NCBI GenBank assembly: GCA_002633005.1
Contig: NMRA01000218.1
Coordinates: 436,658-500,657, forward strand
Length of the DNA stretch: 64,000 nt
From: Phoronis australis
Lineage: Eukaryota > Animalia > Phoronida
Reading direction: 5' to 3'
This document shows positions 1 to 12,350 of this stretch, piece by piece. Under the pieces are notes generated by a model that saw nothing but the letters and a program-made list of their open reading frames with translations, made no database searches and was not told where the DNA came from. How positions within the stretch are numbered: position 1 is the stretch's first letter; each line of letters opens with the position of its first letter. The position numbers and the translations under genes are program-made.

Positions 1-2777
1 TCAATAGTAGAAATTGGGATCGCAGATGAGACCTAGCGGGCCACTGACACAACTAGCCGCAGTAGTGACGGAGGTCATCCCATAGGCCCTCCATGTACCG
101 GAAGATTTTCTACAAATTACAGCCAATACTCAGCTCTTATACAGAGCTGAAGGTCCACCGGAGGGCTTTTCACCACTTGGTGAAATGGATATAAAACAAA
201 AGAATAAGAGGAAAATTCTTACTCAGTGTGTTAGTACTAACCAAATCAAATTCCCTTGACACATTTAGAAAACCACAAATGCCTATGGTCTGACTGATTA
301 CATCTGGCCTCTTTTTATTTTCCTCTCATAACAACGAATATAACAGTCTGCCAACTTCTACCCATAGTTTTTGACCCATTGACGTCAAGTAGTGACATTC
401 ATGAGTAGCATTTACAGCCAATGAGCCAGCGAATCATTTAGTTCATGAGTTCATCCGTAATTTGAAAATTGCAACCGACTGAGTGACAAGAAAAAAGTGA
501 AAAGTCGTATATTCGAGAGAATAAGTTCTTTGTAGGGCTTGATTTCTGTGCAGTTACATTTGCCATACAATTCCTTAAAATAAATGTCTACATGCGATCA
601 TGATTTCAAAGCGTGCAGAATAACATTTGATAAGCAATTCAAGAGTGACGTGCATGACACTTGATTTTACGTTTTCACTTCCAACCCTATTCATGCCATT
701 CAATCATGTCATTTTGGTTTACTGACTAGACTAATTTCTTTTTGACTCACTAGTAATGGTTGACCTTTTCACGGAATAATGTCAGTTTTTTACGATATCG
801 GTACAAAGCTATAGGCTACGTCTTGAAGAGTGTTCCAAAGTTTAAGGTTACAAAAAAAAAACATCATGAATCTACCACGCGTACGTGGTTTCTCTTTAGT
901 CTCTTGACTGTTGTCTAATGTTTACAATATATTGAGTTGCAAGGGGCATCCATTTGAATTCTACTTTGGGGCCTCAGGATGGAGCGGTCGTACCAACTAA
1001 AGGAAATATTCCAGTTTTTAACTGACTCTGGTGAGCGACCTTGATAGATGCGCTCTAAAAGTCAATACTCACCTCAAGTTAATTAAAACATAGAAGTAAA
1101 TACTATATAATCTTTTAGCGAACTCAAGCGGCTGCCATTTTGAAATACAGTTCCCGTATGTAGGCACTTGCCCCATCTGTTGGATGAAGGTTGCACCATA
1201 CATGATTCGTCAGGCACGTCGCCAGCCGGCGAGATCGTCAGTCTTGGAGTCGGGCTCCGACTAGACGGGACGATCGGGTCGCGGAAGGACTGAAAGCTCA
1301 GCCCGATCACTAAAAAATATGCAGAAATGGTCGCTTGGCATTGCCGTTCATCACTGTCCATTGGTTACAACTGAAATGGTTTTTAAAAAAAATTTCTATT
1401 ACTTGCTCATGAGAAATCTTTTAAGACAACTTTTAAAAATGTTGTCTGATTGTCAGTAAAATCCTAAAAAGTTATTTGTGGAATTTACAGTCGGCGTAGG
1501 ACGATTGATTAATGTAAAAAAAAACGTTATGAAAGATGCGACCAAAGGCATCAGTTGGTGCTTGAGTTATTGAAATGTGCTGAATGAAACCAATATTGTT
1601 GAAACCCGCCCAACCTGACACGTGTTCGCCGTTAAGAAGTTTCTAAACCTCAATTTATGCATAAATGTAAATACCGCTCATTGTGATTTCTTGAATTATA
1701 TAGATGATGTGTCGGAATGGCGGAAAAATTCAAAAAAGTGGGACAGTCCGCAAAGTGCGGGGTGGAAACTACACAGTACAATGTCAGCAACACGAAGCAC
1801 TGGATTGGGTTCTTTTACATAAACAGGGTAATTGCTTGATTTTTAAAACCTCATTTCACGGGTGCAGTAAAGTACTACAGATAATACTAGTTATAGGTAA
1901 AAAATACAGAAGTTACTTAAACGCACCTATTATAGTGCCTACACTTTTCAGTTAAGACATTGTAAATTCTTTCCGTAAAGCAACTTAACATGAATTTAAC
2001 ACCCAAAATATCTTGTTGAAAATCTCCTGCTGGTATGCAGAACGGAGCATTATATGGACAGTTTGGAAAACTTCCTCCGTTAAGAATGGCAGAAAGACCT
2101 ATATGGACCATTTCTTGGGGAGAAAACACTTGTCTGACATGGCGACAAATTATATTCGCCCCTCATACATTGGTACTACGTATGGCAGCTGGTCATCCAC
2201 CGGATTCTCAAGGTTCCCATGAAGAGGTCGACACGCTTCTTACCTTCCACTTAGCCAACTCAAATGGCAATGAATTGATCAGGGCCTCTGACACACGGAT
2301 GTATAATTGTAAATGCTAGGTGGCTGTTTGAAAGCGTTGTGATGACTATTTCTAGTTTATTTTGATTAAAGAGGATTTTTAAAAACACGTCTGTTGCTTT
2401 TCTTTAAAAAGCTTTGCTTAGTAGTCAATGTAATGAAAGGAGTCTTTTAGTGTTAACAAGTATTTTCCAAAATTCTTAAGCTTTTTCGCCACCATCAATT
2501 TGACACTCAGTATAACCCTGTTATTCATTTTAAGTAAGAAGTGAGTTCAGTGCATTCAAAATTATTACGGAAATACAAGAATTTGCCATGAACTGCAAAC
2601 TAAACCACATCTTCCTTATCGAAATTACTGATTCTACAAAACTCTACGGGATCTTAATTATCTATTTAATATATCACACGTTTTCAATAGAATTACGAGG
2701 TTGAGATTTCTGGGGCTGGCACGCACAGCACACGATGGATTTTTGCGTCAAAGGCCATCCTAACCAGTAACTTCTGT

Positions 2778-3620
2778 TTGAATCACATGGAATTGTTCAG
2801 TGGGGTACCTGGAATGTACATGTATGAGCTACCTCCTATTTGGGGGTCGTTTTTCAGTGAGTTTCTGACTGACCCTTTCCAGAGGACAAATTGCCTGTCA
2901 TGTGCCATCCGGTGTTTATTGTGGCACAATTCATTGATTTTAACGCAGGTGGTACCTCGAATATCTAATGTACGATAGCATACCGTGGTTGAGATATTTG
3001 AGGATTTTGGCGGGCACAACCTAGAGTGCAATTTTGTCTGTCACGGAGCATTCAGTGATCAGTGACATGTATTGAGTCACATGGAATTGTTTTTTTGTGG
3101 TACCTCAAATGTATGAGCTAACTCATTTCTTGGGGTCCTTTTTGGTTTTTGGCGGTCCCCTGTCCAGAGTGCGATTTGTCTGTCATGAGTCGTTCGGTGT
3201 TCATTGCGGTACTACTGTTAGTTTTTAATCAGTTTTAGCTGGTACCTCGAATATCTAGTAATCTAGCTCAAATTTCCAATGGCATTCCGTACTGGTTGAC
3301 ATTTTTGGGGGTTTCTGGCGGGCACAACCCAGAGTGCATTTTGTCTGTCATAGCGCATTTAGTGATTAGTGACGGCGTTGAATCACTTGGAATTGGTTTG
3401 TTTGGTTTCTCGAATGTATGAGCTAGCTCATTTTTGGGTGGTCCTTTTTCGTTTCTGGCCGACCCATTAAAAGTGCAATTTGTCTATCATGTGTCAATCG
3501 GTGTCCAGTGCTGTACTACATTGTCTGTTTGAAATTAATTTTGGCCGGTACCTCGAATATTTAATCTAGCTCATTCTTGGGCCCCTTGAAAGGTCCCCAG
3601 GGGTCACACCCAGAGTGCAG
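2778..3620. repeat. Degenerate tandem repeat, about 300-bp unit, about 3 copies
   Basis: TTGA(A/G)TCAC(A/T)TGGAATTG recurs at about 2778, 3072 and 3378. GGTACCTC and AGAGTGC(A/G)ATTTGTCTGTCA-like submotifs occur twice per unit. Confidence 0.85.
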
Positions 3621-4977
3621 ACAACGGCAGACGTCTATTTCTGCATATACAGTGTACTGAGGTGAACTCTAAGGGCACCTATGGTCAGATGTTGGTGCCT
3701 CTTTCATCTACATGTATGCTAAGTGCTTTGCATTGGCGGATTTAGGGGTGTGGGGGACAAGGGTGCTATGGCCCTCACTAAAATTCTCCCAGATATCATT
3801 AGGCAGTTCGGTGTGCGAATTGCTGACTAGCATATGCGCGCATGCGAGGGGGGGGGGGGCTCGGGAGCCGAATGCACAATGCATAGGCCTTGAACAAACC
3901 CAGTTTACGTTTTTTTTGAAATAGGGTCGCCAACCCAAAAATTGGAGAACCCTGCATCCTTGCATTTTAGGCGTGCGCGTGTGCCGAAATTCTGGTATTT
4001 CCTGTGCCCTGACCCTCCCCCTTCCTCAGAATATACATGTATCATATTTTGTTCTATTAGGTGTTGCCCAGGTATTAGAGCATTAATTCAGCAACATGTG
4101 TTTGTGCTCTCAGTGTATCTGCAGAAAGATTGCAAGATAGCTTTTGTGGAAGATGAAGGCCCGATGCTAAATGGGAGAAAACCACTGACGTAACGAAATG
4201 CAATGTTTGTCTGGGATTTTTTTGATTCCGTTTCCACACGGAAAACAATGTTGGCCTTCTTTCTTGAAAACTGTTACTGCGTTGTGATCATGCAATGACC
4301 CCATGGTTTCAGCCCAACGGGGCGCATATAAGAGAAATTAAAACGCTTGTCAAGGTAACGTGGAAATTACAGTGTTCGAGTTAAGATCCTTGGCAAAATG
4401 AGTTAGGTAGTGCACACAGTTAGTATTGCAAAATTCTGGCAATATATACTGGCTGGAGTGAAAATAAAATGAACCCTGTAACTTACAGGGCGCGATGAAT
4501 AAGATAGGTGCAGCAGATTTCAACATAAGCTTCAGTACACACACTTGGAAAACTTGGAAAAAGAACTTGCCAAAATAGTTTGTCAGTTTAGTCCACGAAC
4601 TCTTGTCGCAATAAATGATAAACTTTTGTCGAAGTTGTGAGCGAATATAGAACGACTTTATTGCTCTTACTGCTAATTGTGTTTTTTTTTTCTGCAATGG
4701 ACTTGCGATTTCGACAACTATTGGATGGAATAACTTTTGCCCGAGGTTCTGTAGTGAATTAGAATTTGTTGTCGAAAACTAATTATGTTTATTCACGGTT
4801 ACGCGTCGTTTCAGTCTGTTCAGTTCATTTTGAAACTATTGTATGCAATATGTGAATGTCAAATTCTTGAAAAAATCCACAAACACTGTAATTTTGTTTA
4901 TTATTTTGCAGGGAATTAGTAAATAGTACTTCCGTAACCACAAAAGTGAACAACAACGATCATTTCTCCCAAAACAC

Positions 4978-5221
4978 TCAACAGTAGATGGTGTCTTTTA
5001 CCCCGTTCATGTTGACTTGATCGAAGTACACGTTGGTCATATCTCGAAACTGTCTTCTGGCGTACGAAAGACCAACAATTCCGCTGTCTGGGTCTTTGTC
5101 GTTGTAGTAAACCTTCCAATACCCGACGTAAATGTCGATTTTGCTGTTTAATTCTGCGAAAGACTTAATCATGTCTGTGCAGCTCTTGCAAGGAGACAGT
5201 TTTGTAAACAGGTGGACCTTT
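4978..5221 (-). CDS. Secreted AID/APOBEC-like deaminase (SNAD-like), coding exon 2
   Basis: A ttttcag acceptor at 5222 matches the phase of exon 1 (AG+A=Arg). It reads KVHLFTKLSPCKSCTDMIKSF...IYVGYWKVY...TIYC*, supplying PCxxC. The spliced protein is 199 aa. AATAAA lies on the minus strand at 4788-4793. Confidence 0.88.
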
Positions 5222-6834
5222 CTGAAAACGAAGAAACAGTTTCTCTTATATTATGAGATTAGAAAAGCAAGAGGCTAACGGAAAGAAGGAAGAAGAAAGC
5301 CAAGAAGAGAAAGAGAATAGTGTAGGTTGACAGAGATGGAAGGGGAAGCGGGAAAAAGAGTCATCCATGAGAAGGGATGCAAAGGACGGAACAACATGAG
5401 GTACACTGAAACGGGTAGCAGTAGGGTGGATGTGATTGGTAAGGCGAGCATCATCTTTGCCGCAGGGAGCAGAAAACACCGTGACCGGTCGTGCAGTCGC
5501 CACCAACCTCCCCGCCTTCTGCTGTACATATACATGTACGTCGGCATTGAGCTGAAAAGAAGTACAGGTCAAGCAAGTGAGATATCTACGTCCTCATTAG
5601 TACTCTTGATTGACTTTGCCGGTAATACCAGGTAAACAGGCTAAAATCCAGTTTGGAGTAATACAATACGGTATCTCTCCAAGTCTGCTGCTTAATTCGT
5701 TTTTAATAAGTTGTGCGGGGAGACCACGACGTTTTCATACATTTTCGACTCATTTCATCGGTAAAAGACCCACCTGCAAACTGTTGCTACTACTTAGGCC
5801 TACGTATTGTTTTAAAACTCCCTCGACCCCCACACCCCGGCCCCCTCAACCCACAGCCCACGACTCACAACCATGCACCTCGACCCAGGACCTACACTAT
5901 AGCAATAGATGTATCTTTGCGGTTTTTACACATTTCATAATCATATTAATTCGCTGAATGACTTTCCACGAGACATACCTGCACGCGAGTCTGTTCTGGG
6001 TCAAGGCTGGTGGTCATTAAAAGCAGAATGTGGCGTGACAATCCTGTTACCAATGACCCTGTTCTACATATGTACAATTTTAGTTCAAGAAAACAACAAC
6101 GGTTTAAGACTTGACATGTTTCGGTGTCATTTATTCAACACCATCATCCTCAGGAGTGATGGCCACCTAGCTACTTGTAGGCCCACCAACAAGTAATGAA
6201 GCACAGGTACAGTCAGTTACAAGGAGTGACAATGAACAAGACCAAATGAATGACAACCTGTGGTGTGTCAGTTGCCTATTGAGATTGGGCTTGCACAGGC
6301 CAACTGATGTCTAAAGCCTCACGAATTTTAAGCTCCTTTGTTGTTACTGCCTGGTCTATTAAGGTGGCACTGAATAGTTAGGCTGCGGCCGCGGCCAAGT
6401 TGCACTGACAAAATATTGAAATTTTTGGGTTGTCCAAGTTTGGGGACATTTTGTAGGTGGGCATTGTATGTAGGCTCAGTGAATGGGGTTTGTTTGCATT
6501 TGTGAACATGCTGAGAATGAAAAGGCCACTTTCTCGGTTGTAGCTGCACTCTTCTTCAAGATGGCGGCCCCCGGTTGCAATTGTGCATTGCTGAGTAGCG
6601 ACTGAGAAACTGGCTGCGATTTTAGGTAACCCTCAAACAAGCCAGAATTGCCAAAAAACTAGTTGGTTGACAGTACTTTTGGACCACATTTTCGGAATCT
6701 GTAGGATATTTGCTTTCAGAATCTATTGTTGGTTAGTCGTGCATCGTCAGAGAAGTGGTGTTTTCGGGGTGCAAAAAGTGCCAATTTTGCACTGTTTTGC
6801 CCCTATTTTTCTTAGTCTAGCTTGGTTTTCAGTG

Positions 6835-9420
6835 CAGTGGCGGATCTACAGGGGGGTTCAGGGGGATTAAAACCCCCCCTCGGGCCAGGACCCAAAGTTA
6901 GAAAAAACAAAAAAGTCTCCAGCAAAACAAAAACGGCATCGCCAGCGTGTGTAAACCCCAAGAAACCCAACTTGGAAAAAATGAGGGGGGGGGGTTCACT
7001 ATGAAAGTAATTCTTTTTTGGAATGTGAATTGCTGTTATGAAAATCAACGCGTTTCGAGTCTTCGTGACTCGTCGGCAAAACCCGGGAGATCAATTGTTC
7101 GCGCGCTTCCGACGACACTTCTGAAGTAGCCAAGCATTTTAGATGGACCCACCGCTGAAAGAGCAGCTATATAGCTGATTTCTTTAGGTAACTAGTTTCT
7201 TTACTCTAAGATATGTTGTGATTTGATTAGGGGAAACACTGTGGTGCCGCAACCCTGATATTCACGTGCAACCTTTTTTACTTCATCTGTCAAGCCGTGT
7301 CTTCCTCTTACACCCAACACGTTTGTAACTCGAATTTGACTGATGTATAGTAAAGTTGTCTTGCGCAATATCATACAGTGCACATGTACAGTGTACATGT
7401 AATACTTGAAAAAAATCGTTTTCCGAAGAATTGCAATTGTGGCCTGCGCCGTGGTCTGGTCGCGACTCTGTTTGAAGACGCACTCTAACAAGTTATGTCT
7501 ATACAAGGAATGACCAAGGACACTTCTACCTGCAATAAGCACCACTGCCGTTTTCTATACTGAGAATTTCCGCAGAAAGGCCCACCCGAAGAAACTCCCA
7601 TGCCCATGGGCATTTATTTGATGTTAGTACCTCGGGTTTCAAGCGTTCAGACATTGGGACGTTTATTTCGAAAATTGCAAGAGATGCAAATGGGTCCTGG
7701 GATACATCGTCAAGGTTTGAAGTAGTCCATGATGAACGGATCGAATTTACATGTAGTTGCACATGCTGCGAGTCTTTTGAATGTTACTTGGTTATCTCAG
7801 GGGGCTTAGTGCCAACTGAGCTGCGACACGAAATGCTGACAATGTAGAGGCGTACAAGCTCATTGACACAGCAGTTGACGAAGTGCAAGCGTTGGGAACA
7901 AACGTCGAAGATGTCTGGGTAGAATGGTTCCAAGAGCAGCAAACCATTGGATCCCATGTACAGATTCCTCGGCAGTCTAGACAACAGAAAGATAGGACCA
8001 ACGTTCCCGGAGAAACACCCAGGTAATAAGTGATAATTATACACAGTTTGTAATAATGTCGTTTTTTATGCTTGTGTACAATGAAAACGAAATAGAAATT
8101 ATTTTTGGACATGTCAAATTTACCCAGTACAGCAGAGGGTCTACGAGCGCACAGAAACTCATTCTGGTTTGTATTTCCACTTGAGTCTATCTGCTTCATA
8201 TTCAAAATCTTATTTCACGTAGTGCGTAGTTAAATATGTACTCAATACTTGTTTCTTCCAGTGAGTACTACAAAACGGTGCGAAAACCCTTCCTAGACAT
8301 CCTCTCGCAGCAGTTGACCACCAGATGTGTGAACTACACGTATGAGCATCCACTGGGGATTAAAAAGTGTCTAGAGAGTTATTCAATTTTTTTTGCAAAG
8401 TACGCTTTAGGTCTCGCGACGGACCAGGCCAGCTTAATTTATGTAGATATCGAGTTTCAGTGATCTACTGGTCCCTCGGCGAACTAGTTTTGTGATGTTT
8501 TTCACCAAAGTGTGCTTTGTAAAACTATCTCAGCCAGTACTGTTTGGTCCCGCGACAGATCGACTACTTTAATAGGGATAATAAGCACAGGTGTACTTTT
8601 GGTCTCGTGACGGACCAGGCCAGAGTTTTTGTGTACTCTCAGTGCATATCTGGTCCCTCTGCGAACTGCTCTTGTACATGTATATCTTTTCACCACGGTG
8701 TAGGCCTACAGAGTGTTTTGGTTTCGCGAAACTGTTTTCAGATGATTTGTTTCCTGATACATTGACGTTTTTCAATTGTAGTCAACGTGACTCAGCTTAA
8801 TAAAGTGATACTTAATTGTCTTTGTCGCTTTTAATAATAGACTATGAGCTGAGAGCACCATCGTTCGCCAGTTTTTCTCGTAACGAGACAGAACACAAGT
8901 TTATTTCCGGACTGACAGTACAGGTCTTCGTTCTTAAACAACTCGATGCTGCTGTTACGCGATCATCTGATATTCAAGTTTTTACGCCCTGTCGGTGCTC
9001 CTTATGCTCTTGAATATTTGAAAGTTGTCTAAACCCCTGTGTACACACCACACTTTTTCGTATGCTAAAAAGGTGCGTGTAAACAGATGTTCTAATTAGA
9101 ATTTTTGCTGGTGGTGTGACTCATACCCAAATGTGTGCACAAATATGATTTCACGAAACTTATGAGCCAAGTTCATGTGACGAAATCGAGAAGTGTTTTT
9201 AATTATCTTAAGAAAAACTCCAGGGACATGTTAAGTACGATAAACGTACCAGGATGCATGGAAATTTCACTGTTCGGCTACAAAAACAAAAAGTTGTCTT
9301 ACACGGGAGGGGGTTTGCCCCCTCCCGACCTCCCCCCCGCTCGGCGCCACGCGCCTCGGATTCGACCTTTGCGGGAATCCTAACCCCCCCCCCCTTACTG
9401 AAAAGGTAGATCCGCCACTG
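6835..9420 (+). mobile_element. hAT DNA transposon remnant with 15-bp TIRs and 5-bp TSD (hAT5-like)
   Basis: Perfect TIR CAGTGGCGGATCTAC / GTAGATCCGCCACTG. CAGTG is duplicated at 6830-6834 and 9421-9425, and the empty site at about 49979 has a single CAGTG. An internal transposase remnant is present. Confidence 0.85.
7801..8325 (+). pseudogene. Spliced hAT transposase remnant (THAP12/P52rIPK-like C-terminal region)
   Basis: 7801-8022 reads GLSAN*AATRNADNVEAYKLID...WVEWFQE...PRQSRQQKDRTNVPGETP. After a GT..AG intron, 8261-8325 reads EYYKTVRKPFLDILSQQLTTR. This matches the hAT PR..R.NVP..P.EYY...PFLD..L..RF pattern. One in-frame stop. Confidence 0.75.
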
Positions 9421-9960
9421 CAGTGGGATTGAAAGGGTCAAGAATACAAGAGAGAATAAAGTTTCTGCGCCCATCTGCAGGGCTTTTTATGTGAAATAAG
9501 TGAAAACATGTTATTCTTTGCAACCTGTTTTTGACAGAGTGAAGAAAAGGTGACAAATCAAGTGATGTGGGTTTTGCTGGGCAAAACCCAGTGAGAACTG
9601 TTCTTTGCCTCCTTAATTAGAATTGCAAGACTGCGAAATTACGCGAGATACCGCCGTGTATTTTAAATGATTTTGGCTCACCTAAATTTTCTCGGAGCGA
9701 GATGTAAATTGAACTCTACTCAGTAAATTCTTTATTGATTTAATCCTGGTCGACAAAGTTTGGTGCCATAGATACATGGCCAGGCTTAAGTCTTAATTAA
9801 ATCTGGTTTTATTAAACCACTTTGATAAAATCAACTGCCTGGTAGAGTCGTGGAGTATCACCTACTGCAACCAATTAATCTTTTAATTTAGAAATGTTGA
9901 CAAATTTGCTTCCACAATGTAAAATGTGCATGTAAAATCAATGTAATACATGTAACTTAC

Positions 9961-10316
9961 CTGACCGTTTCACCGTAATCGTGCATTAGTTCTGGAAGCT
10001 GAGAAAAGATTTGCTTTTCGGCGTGGGAAGTTGGGTTAAATTGTCGAATTCGAGCCCAATAATTCATGGTCGGTTTAGGATGGAGCATGGAGAACATCAA
10101 GTCCATGTCGTAACAAGGATTTATTTTATTATAGTTGCCTGCACCTGCCTTGTTTAGCGTCAAGACAGCAAACTGCTTGTCCCGGTTTTCTTTGTAGGTG
10201 AAAAAGTGACCCAGTCCATTGAGATACTCTTCGTCGAATGTACTCAAGTCAATGTATCCTTTAACCTCAACTAGGGTGCCGAGAATAACAAGAGCGAAAA
10301 TAGCACGGGTAAGCAT
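9961..10316 (-). CDS. Secreted AID/APOBEC-like deaminase (SNAD-like), coding exon 1
   Basis: The ATG follows a tttcag|G acceptor. The exon encodes a hydrophobic signal peptide MLTRAIFALVILGTLVEVKG, a QFAVL strand, NYWARIR and the HAEKQI zinc/catalytic motif. It ends at an AG|GTAAG donor at 9961/9960 (phase 2). Confidence 0.88.
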
Positions 10317-11515
10317 CCTGAAACAAATAAAGACGGGACATCAACTGTCGATGTACCGACAAAATGTTCACAGCAGAAAAAAAATATCGTGTACCAACAA
10401 GTAAGCTAAATGCGTACATGTATTTATTGAAAAGCCTGCCACGGTACGCCGACCAACAGCAGTGCACATTATTTGAAGTGATCTTCAAAATACGAGTTCA
10501 TTAAGCAAGGATATCAATCAAGACGACTGAATGATACCCTCTGACACAGCGCCACCTAAACTGAAAAGTGGCCCTGTGGAGACATGATGAACTACACACG
10601 ATTTCCGTGTCTGGGCATCAATGCGCATGCTTGGTCAGAAGTTTACCTTTTACAACGCCACCACGAGCACACACCTTCTATGCACTGAGCTAATTTGGGC
10701 TTAAGCCACTGGATCAGGGTTTCCTTGGTTTTGTTTAATTCGTTTTAATAAATTACAGTTACATGTACAGTCAAATGTGGTCGTCATACTACGTAACAGG
10801 AAACTGAAAGGGTTTATCCAGATTTCAACCAATGGGAATGACTGGATCTTGGGACACCGGTTTCATTACTAAGTTAACCAAGCCATGTTAAACAGCATTT
10901 CATAGTGCTACCTTTTGCAGCCCTGTGAAATTATGTAAGTTAGTAAAGAACAACCATGCTACATTACTAGACCCGCATCACTAAAACCCCACGAGACCAT
11001 CGTGTGAATTGAGGAGGGGTTGTTAACTCCCCGGGTATATGGGCAGTCCAGTGTTCTACGCCGCATTGAAGCCACAGACATTGCGATGCATATCTCAGAA
11101 GGTAGCATCTGCATTATCCCACCACGTTTATTGCTTCGAATGCTGGGAAGAAAGTTCGACAAACTCTTCACGATTGGCGATTTTTGTTCTTTAAAACTTC
11201 AAGTTATCAGGCAGAATGTCGACTTACTTCTAGAACTCACTGTCACTGCGTTGCTTTTTGAAATCTATAGGCCCTGCATGTATATATCTGCAGGTATTAT
11301 TGAGGTAGCTGAACGTTAACACCGTGGAGAACGCATTGTCGGGTGTAAGGGTTCATGAAATGTTGCTATAGCAACGGGATTGCTCATGAGAGCGAAATCT
11401 CAAGAGTGCATGGCCTCGATTGAGCTTATCGCACTGCAATCACTGTGACATATGTAACCCGAAACGAAAAAAAGCTTTTAGCTAAGACTAATTTATGCAT
11501 TGACGTGCATAGAAA

Positions 11516-12350
11516 TGAACCCCGGTGTAAAACAGATACCGCGGAGTCGAAAACAGACTACCGCACATTTAAAACAGATAACCAGCCCAAAACACGAACT
11601 CCGACCCTTAAAACAGGAACCCAGGGATCGTAAAGAGACGCACAGGGACCAGGCGAAATACCCCTCCTGCACTTTCTGCCAAACATTTTTGATTAAAAAT
11701 AAATCTTTCTATTTTAAAAAGCTGTTTGGATATCAGAACTCTAGAAAAATTGGCGATCTACGTTATTCTGCTGCTAAAATTGTTGTGCTATCGTTTGCAT
11801 CTGCTTTCGGTGCCATTCGGAATATTGCGTCACCTATTGGCTAGTTTCTGTTTCCTTAATTCTTCAATCAAGTGTTCTTCTTCCACGAAGGTGCGTACGG
11901 AGTACATGTCACCAACAGCTTATCAACAATGGCACCAGGAAGTCGAAATAACATTCTTAGTGATCAATTTTGAAAATATATTTGGAGACACTATTGAATA
12001 ATCTGAAATCAAATAAATGTTCACCGAAGTAACAACGCCGGTGACGAGAATATTATCGATCGTGTTGAAAATCGACCACAGACAAGTTGCTTAAGTTTTG
12101 CAAATAAAAATTAAATATTAAGGCCAATGTATATAAGTTACGTTTTACTATTGAAACTTTAAAAAAAAAAAACAACTGGCAAGTACTTGGGAATGCTTTA
12201 ACTCAAAGTTTGAGGCTACAGATAACGGTCTCATTCAAATTTTCCGGATCCCTGTCCCATCCCCTGGGATTCCTGTTTTAAAAGTCACAGTTCGTGTTCT
12301 TCGGGCTGGTTAGCTTCGACTCCCGAATATCTGTTTTACATCCGGGTTCC
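11516..12350. mobile_element. MITE-like element with long degenerate inverted ends
   Basis: 11516-11650 (GAACCCCGGTGTAAAACAGATA...TAAAACAGGAACCCAGGG) is an imperfect reverse complement of 12247-12350. Confidence 0.55.

Larger units (their letters stand above)
6363..9612. mobile_element. Kolobok-like non-autonomous DNA transposon, split by a nested hAT element
   Basis: TTAA flanks both sides (6359-6362 and 9613-9616). Imperfect TIRs are GGTGGCACTGAATAGTT / AACTGTTCTTTGCCTCC. An uninterrupted homologous copy lies at about 49509-50170. Confidence 0.7.

Noticed and set aside
1622-2319. Short plus-strand ORFs with exon-like boundaries
   Set aside because: No recognisable protein motifs, so a call cannot be supported.
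7201-7545. Possible BEN-domain fragment (TNVLGVRGRHGL)
   Set aside because: Only a short motif resemblance, antisense within the hAT remnant, with no convincing exon structure.
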